The notes below the pieces were generated by a model that did no database searches, was not told where the DNA came from, and saw nothing but the letters and a program-made list of their open reading frames with translations. A program made the translations under genes and the position numbers. DNA of 64,000 bases from the NCBI RefSeq assembly GCF_009914755.1, contig NC_060928.1. The stretch is one strand, 5' to 3'. Source of the stretch: the human T2T-CHM13v2.0 reference genome, Homo sapiens. Each line of letters begins with the position of its first letter. Positions within the stretch are counted from its first letter, which is position 1. Positions 29,056 to 49,168 of this stretch are shown in pieces.

Positions 29056-32000
29056 AAATTAGTTTTTACTACCTTAACTTGATTGGATTAGTAAACATAT
29101 TTCTCTTCATAGTTAACAAGTGTTATTAAAAACAATCTTAAAAAGTATCATTCTAATAATATGTCTATCTTCAGAGTAAAGATGATATCTTGCATTGAGA
29201 TATTGAACTTTATATAATTATTTGCATTTTCTCACTTTTCTGCTTGACAAACTCTACAAAAGGATGCCGACACTGTGACTGGCCTTTGTTTTTAGACAAA
29301 TGGCCTTTAGTAAACTCTACAAATTGAAGAAGTGACATATGAATCAATACTGTAGATGTAGGCAGATAATAAGATGAAAGCCTCCAGGTATAGCTGTCAA
29401 ACCCAACACCAATCATGATTTGTTTCTATTCCTAGCCCATAATTGGTGAAATTATTAATAGTGGTTTGGCTCAAATCCTATCTATTCAGTGAATTTGTTT
29501 CTACTGACATCTGCCTCAAGTGTTCTTTCTCTTTTTTGAAAGCCTGCAGCATCTGTATCACTCGGCAATTATGCATATGCTATCTCTTGATACCTTCTTT
29601 AGTTTAAAACACATTATTACTTGTTTTAAATTGTTATTAAACTTTCTGTACTGTGTAATGTGTCTTCCTTGTTAACTTAAAAGCTTCCCGAGGGCAAAGA
29701 ACATTTTATTTTCTTGTATAGCCTAAAAAGCTTTGTTCAGTGTCTTTTATGGAATAGATGCTCAATGTTTGTGAATTTAATCAATTGAGACTAATAAACT
29801 TTTCTTGATTTCAGAACACTGTTCTCTTATTTATAAAATTACTGCATGAAATATTTTAGAAATCAAATTTTACTGGATTTTAAGAATATTGCGATATTCC
29901 CTTAAAATCACTGAACATAGACTGGGAATCACAAAATGTTACTTCCCATCTTATCTTACTGAGGTAGTGAGGCTATTGATCACGAAGAAAGCTGACCTCA
30001 GGTTTTATTCTTTATTGACTAAAGAAACCAGTTTGCATTTTTTATGAATCTGATCTTCATCAAGCAGATTTTAACCACAAGCTTAAATGCTTACTTTCAC
30101 TCTGAAACTTCAGGTTACCTAGGTGATGACATTATTTAAAAATAAATTTTCTATAAACCACATTTTACTTCATCGAGACTATATGAGACTATATCATAAC
30201 AAATACAAGTAATAAACTATCCTATAAAATGTGATTAAGTTAGTCCATAATATGGTTGCTAACAATGTCAAGGTCTATAATATTAAAAAATCACTATATG
30301 GGTTAGAATTCATATTTAGTTACATAATTACTTTTCATTTATATAAAGTAATATAACACAGCTCCTACAGAAGTCCAAAACATTTCTTGCCCTTGCTCAT
30401 TTGATTGATGAATATCAATAATACATTCAACAGCAAAACATAGTGACAGAAGTGGTATCAGGGCATGATTTTGTAATAAGGATCCTGCCAGTGACACATT
30501 TTAGCTTAATTCAGTTAGGCAATAGGTGATTCATCTGTCTGTGCCCTCAACAGTATGAACATTTGGCAAAAGCTAATGACAGCTGACCCGATTCTGGAAT
30601 ATAAGGGATACGGGTGAGGAGGATCTCAGAAAATGAGATTATAAAAATGTGGCCACCAAAACTTCTCTCTCACATGAAATCCTCATTTCAAACTAACAGA
30701 TTTTTTTTTTTTTGGTCTGATATACAGCTGATAGGAAAAACTACAGTTTAGAAAACATGGCCAATTTGAAATGAGCATAAGATCAACGTCCTTCGTGGAG
30801 CTTCATTAGGGTAGGCTTCAGTTTATAGAGTGTGAAGAGTTTAGGATCACTTCCTAAAGTTTCTGAAAGTCTCTGCACTGCCTCACAAGCATAATATGGA
30901 ATTAGAATCATCGGGTGTATATGGCCATCTTTTACTTTCTGAACCACTGTGGAAATACGCATTCACTCTTAAGTATTTTGCATGCCACAACTGGCTTAAG
31001 GGTTGTCCTGCATAAACAAAGCAACACAAATTGCCTTCTCTCACTTCTTATGCTTAGAAACGATGGTGCTTTTGCTGGCAGGACAACAAATGGGAATTAG
31101 CCAGGATGCTTCTGTGCTGTATCACCATAAAAACAATGTGACTCGTTTGGCTTAGGAGGGGCCTGGAACTCAGGAATCTTTAGAGTGCTTATTTCACTGG
31201 GGCAAAGGAGCTTGAGTGAGTCACAGGCGGCACATGACAGCTGACTCTTTAAAGGAAAGCAGAAGGCTGGAAATGAATCATTTGTATATAGTAGTCAGCT
31301 TGTTGTTGGAACTGTTGCCACAAGCCCAGCATCTGACCTAGAGGAAGAGCGAGGGTTTGGTGTTAGCTAGCTCTACTCTCAATCAGCAGTGAGGTTGAGG
31401 AACAGTTACTGTGTCAGTGGCTTGGACAGACAAGTTGTGTGGGGAGGGGGTCCATTCTCATCTGGCCTTCCCTCTTCCTGAACACCAAGTAATAAATAAC
31501 CACTCCAAAAGTCAAAGTGGAGAGCTTGTGATGTGTCCCTAATTATACCACGATGAATGCAGAATGTACCAGTAAGGTGTTCCCTGAATACCAGAAGCTT
31601 CTTCCACTCCAGAGCTAGCCATTTAATCGCAGGAAGCTGTTTACCTACTAGGTTTATTTCTAGAACTGAAGTGCTCAAGCCTATACTCATAGGACACAAA
31701 GTACTTTCTGGCGATTTCTAGATTCTTAGGAAAAGGAAAAAGAGAAAACCAAGTGGGAGAGATGTTCCAGGTTCTGAGTGGAATTACTTTCCATGCAATT
31801 ATGCACAAAGAATTGGGAACATTTTCCCTTTCAAATTCATATATTTTTGGCTCCTGTTCTAAGAGGCCTGGAAGAGTAAGATAAGGGTGTGAATGATCCC
31901 AGTGTTTGAAAACAAAATAAAACCCAAGAACTGAGAGTAACTACATAATAAAACAACTTACAGATTTCAACATTTCCTCAAACATTAGATTTGGTTACTA

Positions 32001-32079
32001 TAACAATACTCAGGAATGCAGTGATTATTTCTTGGTTTAACAGATAAATAAAGGGATTATGCGCATTGCCCAAAGGTAT

Positions 32080-34990
<2,911 letters not shown>

Positions 34991-37380
34991 ATCAGTATAT
35001 GGTTAGACAATATATATAAAATACTGTGTACATTTTAAATCACTAGATAAATGCAAGTATGTAGACAATTATCATGTATGATAGCAGTTTGGATGTGGCG
35101 GTGCTGAGAAGGCACCTTGGATACTTCAGAGTCTGCATCAGGACCAAAGTTTATGAGGCTGCAGTATTTCAGATGCCGGAATAGCAGCAGATTTAATCTT
35201 AAAAGTTTAGTAAGATAAACCAGATACTTCTAGTCAATGTTTACATTTAATATTTCTTTTCAAGAGGGTTGAGTGCAAAGAAATTCTAGTATTTGAGCTT
35301 GAGCTTTTCAGTTGTTTAGATTTTAGATTAATCAGTTTATTGAAGTGAAACTACTTGATGATAAGCCCTATTGAGAGGTCTAGCTGACTACAATGAAACT
35401 TGGACCACAAAATAAACTGAATTTATACCTGCAAATGTGTCTTCACTGGGATGTTTGCAGAGTGTCATATGTTGAAATCTTTTAGTGAATTGTGCCTAAA
35501 AAGCACTTATTCAATGATCAAAAGCTGTGCAATTAAAATTATTGTATAGCAACAATTTTTGTATCATCTTAAGTTAGCAATTCTATTTATTTACTTTCTT
35601 AATATGTCTAGTTCTATTTAATTTAAATCCTTCTTTCTACATTTCTTACAGGTTATTGGGTACTTGGCTGTCAGAGACTTGAAGGACAAGGAGGTTAAGT
35701 GACTTGCTCAAGTCATCTAGCAAATTCAGAGGCTGTGCCAGGGTTAGAGCTTTATTTGGCTAAGGTTCCCCTCTGCTGTTCAATTCACTGATCTATGTTC
35801 CTTTCCAGCCCACAGTGCTTTACTTCAATATTTTGAAATCATAAACTTAAATGAACCACCTAAATGCCTTTGAACTTACTCTGGCAAGGTGACTGACTAC
35901 TTAATTACTAGGCTAAGGGTGTAATTAATTATTACATCAATTTCACACAACTGGGTGCCCCGTGGTTTCATTGTCTTTTTCCATGCTGCCATTAACAAAA
36001 TTAACCCTTGGGAATAGTTACTATTTTAGGCAACTATACAAATTATGCTCTTGGTAGTTTTACAGAAAAAGGTGCCTATCAATTCAGTTATATTTGGCAT
36101 TCTCTGTGCAATTAGCGGCTTGTTTCTCTGTGACTTTATTTTTACTTCACTAGACTGATGTAGCAGTTAATGTTGGGGAGAGGAATTTTCATAATTTTGG
36201 CTTTTAAAATCAAACTTATCACAGATTCTAAAGTTGAGTGATTTAATATTTTATTCAAATATAAGACCTGGCAATTACTAAATTTCTATTCACGAATGTT
36301 TACTGTAAACCTCTTTTATCCAGAAGTCACCTGTTGAATAACATCAACTTTTCACCCTTTAATTACTAGAGGCTTTCAGGATTAAAAAAAATAAATAAAT
36401 TATTCAAACCATCTTTGAACTTTGCTATATAATGCAGAGTAGTTTCATAGTACAAAATGATAGTTAACTGGGGAAGAAGTAATATCAGTCTTAGCCCTGT
36501 TAAATTGCTATAGCCTAATAATAAATAATTAACAAATCTTTAAGATCAGAAAGATCTAGCATTGGGATCATTTAGAATAAGTACAAATAGGTTTATGTTT
36601 TTTTTAGTTTGCAAGGATATCACGGGTTACAGTAAAATATGGTCATGTTATTCCTAAAATTACCTTTGACCGGAAATGGAAATAAAATATTTACTATTAA
36701 ATTAAAGGAGGTATAAAGTATTTATAAAGATTTTCATTAAAAAATGACTTAAATAAATGTTTTAGAGTCTAAAGAAACTATGATTACACAGAACATTTGC
36801 TTATGTGAAAGAATTCACTCTAGCCACATTAAAGTAATTGGGTAACTATTCTGCCACCCCCAGCTGACTTGCAGAAGCTAGAAATAGCACAGCATTGTGA
36901 ATACCATTGAGTATTTCAAGTATTAAGATGTTCCATGAATCACATAGGTGTGGTACCATTTCCAGTTAAGAGTTGATGACATGGAAGAAAAAGATTTTAA
37001 GAAACTGGTCAAAGACTCACATCCTCTGCTCAGATTTAAGATTATAAAGTCTCTTGGCATTCAAGTTTACACATTTGCATGATCAGAGATGTTCTAAGCA
37101 TTCTCTAAGGGTATCTCTTCTCTCCACTGTGTAACCAAGGTGATGGCCACAGTTATTTTCTTGAAAGAAAAAAATTCAGACGTGGAAAAGAGACAATGAG
37201 ACCAATTAGTCATAAAGTTTTAAAATATTTGGAAAGTCCTTTTTGGCCTTTTTTTTTTTTTTTTTTTTTTTTGGTCATGAAAGCAATCCAGCTGCCCCTG
37301 GGTGCTGTAATGATTTCAACTAACTCTGCTAATCAATTTTATATTAGTCAAAACGGAGCATATATCTTTCAGGTCAAGAG

Positions 37381-37745
<365 letters not shown>

Positions 37746-39108
37746 TAGAAATATAAAAAGTGAGAATGGTTAAAATCCTTTACAGTCATGATAGTAGGTT
37801 TTAATTTCTTTCAGTGATTTCAGTTGCTGTTGTTTAGCTTACAATTAATTTAGCTTCTTTTCAATAACTGATTTCATCCCTTTATGAAAAGTATACTATT
37901 TGAACTTAGTAAATAATAGAATTTAGTTTATTCCTGGGTAAATTCATTTATAGCCACATTTTCCTGAGTAAATAAACTGGTAAATTTGTGAATGCTTTCT
38001 TGGATCAAGAAGGCAGAAAGAGCTGAAGAGCATGTCCTCTCTACCAAATAAGCATCATATCCCTTTGCTGGTTTTGAATAACAAACAAACAAACAAACAA
38101 AATTCCATAGTATCAACTGAACTGTTATGTCCTTGAATTTATTTTTTGAGAAAGAACTAGGCTGACTATATTAAGAGTACTCAAAATGTTATTATGCATC
38201 CATAATTATTGAACTCCAAGTGATCTTTTTAAAGGTATCTTCCCCCCATCTTCTTGCTAGTGTAGGCTCTCAGTCATATTTCAGTGTTTCTCACACCAAT
38301 GTTGCCTCAATGAGGTAGAAGCTAAGCAGTTTTACCAACTAACATAGTATGAATATTTCAACTGTAAGAATGTCATTTCACTTCTTTGTGTTGCATACTT
38401 CTTATCTTATTTTGACTCAGGAAGTCTCTTCTTCTGGAAGAGACTGTCCAGATAACAAAGCAGATCTTTTACTACACAGGAATATGCAGCAGCATCTCCG
38501 ATCATTGTACTTTCATGTTTTCTAGCTTATTCTTATCTTCAGCAGCTGCAAAAATAGTAGCTTGTGCTTTCATTACAAAGTCCATCACTATCCAGTCCAT
38601 AGCTCCCTGAATCAATAAAAGATAATCTGCAAGGGCAGATTATCTTCAGTGAAGTGGGAAGAAGAAAGGCCAATTTACAAAACATATGGGAAAATCAGTC
38701 TCCTCCCATTCATTGTTTAAAACTACTAAAGCATCTGTAGTCAACAGTAAGTGGGGAACTAGTGGAAAAAAGTTTATAATACAAATAAAATAATTAAGGA
38801 GAATTTTTCCAATTTGGAAAATTATGAAAAAATGATAGAACCTCTTGATATGTCAGGAGTATGTTGCATTCATCTATGGCATTGTAGATCCAAAGGCCAG
38901 GGCTCAACGTAATATGTGTGCCTATATGCCCAACTTTGATGATTACTGTAGCTTTCTCAGATGTCAGACCATTGGACTGAAAAGGCACAGCATTGTAAAT
39001 CTGTGTAAATTTACAATGGTCTGTCACAACTTGCAAGACTTATTTAGGTTTGGAGGAAAATTATTTATACTTCCCATTTTTACCACACACACATTCACAT
39101 AGTGATGC

Positions 39109-39911
39109 TGAAACTGCATTTGCAAAAATTACGACAACGAGATAAATGTGACATAACTGACTTTATCTTGCTTTTAACCTCACAAGCTAACTGCCCTTGC
39201 TCATTCCTGGGTGTAAACCAAGCCAACTATGGGAGAAATTTACTTTACGGTTTAACTTTAAAGCAAGGATGATTACAGGCCTTTCCCAAAATTATGCCCC
39301 CTCCTTGTTCAGGACTGAAACTACCTTCATAAAACTAATAAAAGGCCACAAGGTTAGAATTATGGTAGAATCTTGAATTTGCTAAGATCTATGAATAGTT
39401 AAGCAATAACCAGCTATTGTTCCCTAGTTTGCTTACTGATCAGGAGTCATGTACCTGGAGGTCACAAGATATATAACTTCTTCAATTACCCCTAATAGAT
39501 AACATTACTAATGTAAAACCTAAGATTGGTCTTTGAGATATTTTTCAGACTTTTGCATTCTGGTGAACCAACTGATGCCACCCTTTGTATGTGACTCATA
39601 CAAAGGAACTGACTCAACCGGTCCTGCAACCCCCACCCAGAAACTAACTCAGCACATGAAGACAGTTCTGACACACCTATGATTTCATTCCCAACCAATC
39701 AGCAGCACCCTTTCCCTAGCCCCCTGCCTGCCAAATTATCCTTAACAACCCAAGCCTCCAAGTTCTCAGAGAGGCAGATTTCAGAAACATGTCCTGTCTT
39801 CCTGCTTGGATGCCCTGCAATAACTAAACTGTTTCTCTATTGCAACATCACTGTCTCAGTGTATTGGCCTTATCTGTACAGCAGATGAGAAGAATCCATT
39901 GGGCTGTACCC
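39109..39911 (+). mobile_element. Solo LTR of the LTR8 family (ERV1; LTR8A/8B-like)
   Basis: Starts tgaaactgcatttgcaaaaatt. Internal aaacctaagattggtctttgagatatttttcagac and ccaaccaatcagcagcaccc match the recalled LTR8 consensus. About 800 bp. Confidence 0.8.
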
Positions 39912-40175
39912 ATGTGAATGCCTATAACTCTTCCAATGTCGTCATGCATTTGAAAGCAATGATAAGACTCGTAGGCCCAAGAGCCATTTCCGTGCTTAGT
40001 TACTACATTGGTTAAAGCTTACTTTGGGAAGTTAAAAATATCCTATCATACCAGAAATTACTAAATGATTCACAGTAACACATGCTTTTTAATAAAGGAT
40101 ACCTCACATTGGTACTGTATAATCAGTTTAGCTCTGGGATATTTGCCTCTAAATTCAGCTTAGATAATTAATTTA

Positions 40176-40551
<376 letters not shown>

Positions 40552-42699
40552 TTAACCAATGCAACTGCAGTAAAAATTAAATTTATGAGCCATATATTTC
40601 AGAACCAACAACATATTATGTATTCTCATTTATTCCAACATGTATTATAAATGTAAATTACCATAAATTATGAATTTATTTCAAAATTTAATGTATAGTA
40701 GATACATATTTGTGAGTATGACTCCTTCAAAAGATGAACAGTCTTCAAAGACACCATTCAAGTTACTTAATAAGTAATTAATATTCCACACTTAGGAAAT
40801 CTGCATTTATATTATATGAACTGAGATTAAGACAATAGTAAGAATTTTACATTAAAAAAAAACTGGAGATAACATGAAAATATTGACTTGGAGGTTTCAG
40901 AGAGGATGACTACTGAGAATGACTACAAAGGTTATCGCTGGCACTTGCATAGTCAGATTACAACCACACAGCACTTACCGAAGTGAGGTTAATTTAACTA
41001 ACCCAGATGATGAAATTCCTCAATAACTTACAACACTGCTCCTGTTACAAAATTGTAGTACAGATTTAAAGAATACCAACTCAGGTACAGATGTTTACAC
41101 ACATCTCAAACAAATGTGTTTTTGTTAGTTTTATTCTCAGTGACAGGTAAACACATTTCATGTTTATTAACTCTTCATATATTTAAATAGCCCTAAGTTC
41201 CTTCTTAGGCTTCTCTCTTCTTATAAAGATTATGAGTGAAGAGCTTCTATTTCTTGAAGAGAGACTTAAATATACAATCTCATATGCTCACACTCTTCCT
41301 ACATTGGTCAAAATACCACTTAAAAAATCACAACACTCTTTTGGAAGTAAGTTATTTTTTCTGTCATTACGGACCATTAACCTTTCCAGAGGTATTTCTT
41401 TACTGTTTAGTAATATGTTTACATTTTTGTGTAGCTTAACTTTGTGTAATGTGGTACAATGTTTAATCAGAATGCTATAATTCTGTGTGAAGTGGCCTAG
41501 GCATGGAGTAAAAATACTCTACTTAAAATACTCACGGCCCCAAAACATTATTTTCTCCAGTGGAAAACATTTCCTAATTCAAATTGTACAATTGTAAAAA
41601 AAATGACATTTGGAGCAGGATTTTTTTTTCTTTCTTTTTAAATTTGAAAACACATAATGGTATAAGTTTTTGTCTATTATCCCAACTTTTCCTGAAATCC
41701 AAATTCTCTCCATAACATTTACCATCTGTGTTTTGCTAGACAGACATGCTGTAAATAACCACATGCAGTGATGTTAATAAAGAAACCAATGATCCTGTAC
41801 ACAGTCAATTCAAAAACAAATCATAGGTCTTTCACATTTAATCTGTTAACTTCTATCAAGATAGTTAGTTTCTTTTGAGGAAACACTGAACCGGGTAATC
41901 ACAATTTCTAAAAGGGACATTATATGTTATCGTTCTTGAGATATTTTGCTTGAGAAGTGTTTAAGTAATTTTGCATAGATATGCTCCTTTTTAAATTCAC
42001 ATTTTACTTTTGTGGAAAACAATCAGTCTACATATTTTTCTTTTCCTCTCAGCAGTGATAATCAAGACACAGGCAAAATTGAGCCAATTTTTCAAAACAG
42101 TTGAACATATCCAGAGATAAAAGGACTACTTCAAATGAGGGATGACTTTGAGTTATTACTTAAAACATGTTTAATAAGTACAAAATATGTCTCAACTCAG
42201 AATTAATGTAGAAACCTCATAATTAATTCATTAATCTATTAAGTGCCTATTATATGATACTATGGAGGCCAAAAGTAGTGAACTAAAATACTTTAATTGT
42301 TTAAAATTCATAATGAGTTAAAAGAACACCGTCATCTTCACAAACACTTTAAAAAAACCATCAGTTTCGATTTTAAAGCAAAAATGAACTTGTTTTCTGC
42401 ACTTGGGCAGCTTTATGTAGTTTGGGTATTTATGCACATAGGTTGGCTGGATGTGGGTCTTAACATTTATACCTACTTATCTAAAATAAATGTTTCAGAA
42501 AATAGAAACGATGTTTAAAAACACACACACAGTTCTCTCTGGATTTATGGACTGTTTTAAATCATGGGCCAGGAATTATACTAGGCATTTAATAGATTGT
42601 ATCACTATTCAACATGAGTATGCTCTCTTATTGTTATTATTATTTTCAGGTTGAGCCATATGAAATTACTTTTGTAGGTAAAAAATGGTTAGGTATTGA

Positions 42700-43007
<308 letters not shown>

Positions 43008-43170
43008 GCATTGACATATTATTATCCCTATTGTACATATGACTCAGAATGGTTTACATGAGCAGTCAGAATGCATATTCAATGGAGAGCTGGGCTGGGA
43101 TTCAAATCTAGTATATTTGACACCAAAGCGCGTCCTCCATTCCAATAGGAAAAAACATCCTATGACTTAA

Positions 43171-43821
<651 letters not shown>

Positions 43822-43994
43822 CTTTTAAAACATGCATTTTCGGTGTTTTTAACTCCTAAATTATGGAGCGAGGTAATTATATGTACAAAAACCTACACAG
43901 AAAAAGTTGTAAACTGATCACAATTTCAGGAGAATTCCGATCATTTTAGTGGCTGCTAGGACATGTCATGGTTGGTATCCACTATGCTTCCTTC

Positions 43995-45140
<1,146 letters not shown>

Positions 45141-46133
45141 ATGATGATGAAGGTGTGTTAAAAGCACTAGAATATAACATAGTCATATCAATTCAGTTTT
45201 CTTAGATGCATTTGAACACAAACATATTAAAAATGGTTGAGACATACTATACAGGAGTATTGCAATGAGTAATGCAGTAGTGCAGACTGCACTGATAGTA
45301 CTATGGAAGTGAGGAGAAATGAAAGAGAAATGTTCTTTGGAGGTGACATTTAAAAATATAACTTAATCTATAACTTATATTAAATAAAATAGTTGTATAG
45401 AGAGGTTTTATATTTGTTTTTAAAGAAAACACAATTGAGTAGTTTGGAAATGTTCAGAACTCATCACAGATTTTAAATTTTGTTCTAATCTAAAGAGACG
45501 AAATCAAACATCCAAAGGTATTTGCATATTGCAAAGAATTTCCTTTGGATACTGAAGTAGTCACATATATGTAATCAGTGGGATAATATAGCTTTGGCAG
45601 AGAAGTTAGTTTCACCACAGTAAAATAAATCATAGCAATGCCAATACTTAAATCAGTCTTTTTGTACTAAACATGTTGCTCACTTTCATATAATGGATTG
45701 GCAAACTCTGCTCAACAACGTTGGCCAAGGGAAAAATGTTACGCTATTCCATTTTAAAAGAAATAAAGACAGACTACCTAATTCACTGAGTTTCAAAGGC
45801 AAGATAGTTTATCCACTCATGTACTCTGGAAGAAACTTTAACATGTAATAAAATTTTAATGCAAAAAATAGCTATTCACTGGAATGGGAAATGCACTAGC
45901 AGATATAATTTCATTGAAGAGGATACTATAAAACTAAAAACTCCCTTAGGAAAAAGCTAAGCCTTTTCAGCCTCAGTCTATTTTACTATATTCAGCACAC
46001 AGAAGGTGCTCAATCTTTTTTTCTTGTTTTTAAATGAATGAATCCAAGTATTTCAAATAGAGGTCTCTTTGTTAGGCATTACATCATGTGTTACATTCAT
46101 CTGAAGCATTCTGTGTTTGTTCACATATGATAG

Positions 46134-46450
<317 letters not shown>

Positions 46451-48873
46451 TATTTATTTTTTTAATGCACATATTATTTCTTGTTTTAGCCACTGCATTC
46501 CAGCCTGGATGACAGAGAGAGACCCTGTCTCTAAAAAATAAAAAAATGAGAAAACAGTAAAAGGTCAAAATCAGAAGCAGAAATACATAAGGGAACTAAT
46601 GTGGAAGGTGTAAAGAAAATGCCCAATTTTTATTTAAATGAAAAAGGGGTGCATCTATGAGAATGTCTGTTTCCATATAAGCAATAATTGGTTAAGTCAA
46701 GTAAACAGAGTCACTTTATGGATATTTTACTAAGAATCTGAATTTTGTGTTAGGTAGGGAAGATACCGAGAGACTCATGAAATCTGTGGGGCATTCTGAA
46801 ACAAAGAATTTAATTACAGACTTGTTGAAAATTACACATTTTACACAACAAGCTAAGACCTTTCCCTATATACCCATTCTATCCAAACTTCCCTTTCTTA
46901 CCCACTCCCATCCTGGGTCCTGGTTCCATTGTGATATTCACAAGCCTCATCCCTTCTACCCAGCCATGGAATTTAGTAACCCAATGTCTAATTCCTAAAG
47001 AGCAATTTATAGTCCTTTTTCCACTTCTCTTATAGATGACTAGTCCAGGAATAGCTTTAAAATGTCTCTATCTCTCTCTAAGAATGAGTCTAGATCCCTA
47101 ATTCCTGTCAAAGTGCTTGATCTTCTCTGAAAGGAGGCCATTAGGGCTAGTATGATTCCAGATCTCTGCTTATATGATTCCAGATCTCAGGACATTGCAA
47201 ACATAGTTGCAATGTCCGGAGTCCCTTCTTTATTGTATTTCTTGATTTTACAAGCTTGCTGTACAGATTAAATGAGATTTTTTAAAAAAGCCCTAAAACA
47301 TAGTGGTAAAATGTTTTACAAATACAATGGTACAGCATTTTATATATAGATGCAAGACACCAATTGGTTCTATTCAGTAGAATTAACTTCACAAAAACTG
47401 ACAAATAACATGCTGTTATCAATCAAGTCAACACATTCCTTTATAGCCTTAGAGCTAAACTTTATAAGCAGAAATGGTTTTAAGGTTCTTTGGGGGCTCT
47501 TTACAAAAGATAAGCTATTATCCTGAATTATGTTTCATCTTTCCTCATTATTTAGGACCTCATACCTGATCCCAGGAGCAAAAGATGATTCCTGCAGATG
47601 TAAGATTAGACTGTGCTACCTAACTTGGAAGTCTTCATGTTTGATAGAAAACCTCCCTGGCAAGTGTCTTTGCCACTAACCTTTCTGGAATACTTTTACA
47701 TATTATTAAATGCATACGATATAATATTGGAGTAATGTGAGGGCTGAGGGATTCCATAAATCCCCACGTGGTTCAGTGCAGTGGTTCAAAGCATGATCCC
47801 AGCTCCTGTTAAAGCACTTAGTGGTTATATGATTTAACCTCTCTAAGCTTCAGATTGTTCTTTTGAAAGACTGGGTTAATAAGACCTACTTAACAAATGG
47901 AGTTTTTAATCAGGATAATGTAAGGTAAAGTCTTTAGCTACTCTGTGATCATTTTTATCCCAAGGGTAAGTCTTTGGTAGAAACTATGAGCCTTGTTTAT
48001 TAGCTATTTCTGCCCACTAAAATCTAACTTTCATGAAAGTTGAAATCCTATCTATGTTGTTGCCTCTGAATATCCAGCGCTTTTAACAGGGCTTGGCACT
48101 CAATAGTCCCTCACTAAATATTTGCTGAAAGAGTAACTTACTAAATAAATGTAAAAATGATCAGCAAATTTCTTCATGCCTACTTGTCCTTTATCATTAG
48201 CCTACAAACTTGATCTAGACTCATTCATCCTAAAACATAAACAAAACAAAACTCAACCCTCCCTTGACCATGTATCTCCCTTTAGACATAGTCTTAAAAC
48301 TGGTCTAACCATCTTTGGTCTTATAGCCTTCAAATACATATGCCACAGAATCACCAGAGTGTTCTACCTATGGACATCTTACCACATCTTTCCTCTGCTT
48401 AAAACTTTCTGATATTCCTCAGGTGCTTGGTACATTATCTTGCAGAATCATCCTTGTCTATGATGTATGCCTCTCATCTCTTAATATTAGATCAGCTCAA
48501 GCTCCTTCATATGGCTCAATGCTCCCATAACTAGCACCTTCCCTCCTCTCAAGCTTGATCTGCTACCACTCTCCAACTTGCATTTCATTCTTCAGTAATA
48601 TCCTGACTGCCTGCAATACCTCAGACATACCATGCTTTGTTTCTGTGCCTTCTATTGGTAATGTTTCTCCTCTCGCACCTTCTTCACCTGGTTAATAGTA
48701 CCTTCCCCTTTAAAGCTAAGTTCAGGAGTTTTATCTTTGAGGAGTCCTTTCAGAATGACCATTGGTGAAGAGATATGAAGAGTGAATGAACTCTCTCAGA
48801 TTAGACCAGCTTTCTATAAACTCAATTTTCAGAAGAAAGTCACAAAAAAGAGATTAAGTAGTTCCTCCTTTGA

Positions 48874-49168
48874 TTTTTTTTTTTTTAAGAGACAGAGTCT
48901 AGCTCTGTCATCCAGGCTGGAGTGAGTGCAGTAGTGCAGTCATAGCTCGCTGTGGTATTGAACTCCTGGCCTCCTCTTGCCTCAGCCTCTCGAGTAGGTG
49001 GGACTACAGGTGTGTGCCACCATGCCTAATTTTTATAAATTCTTTTTTTGTAGAGATGGGGTCTTGTTATATTGCCGAGGCTGGTCTCAAACTCCTGGCC
49101 TCAAAAGATCCTCTGGCCTCAGCATCCCAAAATGTTGGGATTACGGGTATGAGCCACTGGGCTTGGGT
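48874..49168 (-). mobile_element. AluJ-like element
   Basis: Diverged reverse Alu dimer. Confidence 0.9.

Noticed and set aside
30700-30870. Poly-T followed by unique sequence, suggesting a retrocopied small RNA (snoRNA/snRNA)
   Set aside because: No TSD or recognisable C/D, H/ACA or Sm motifs, and no match to RNA families I can recall. An Rfam search would settle it.
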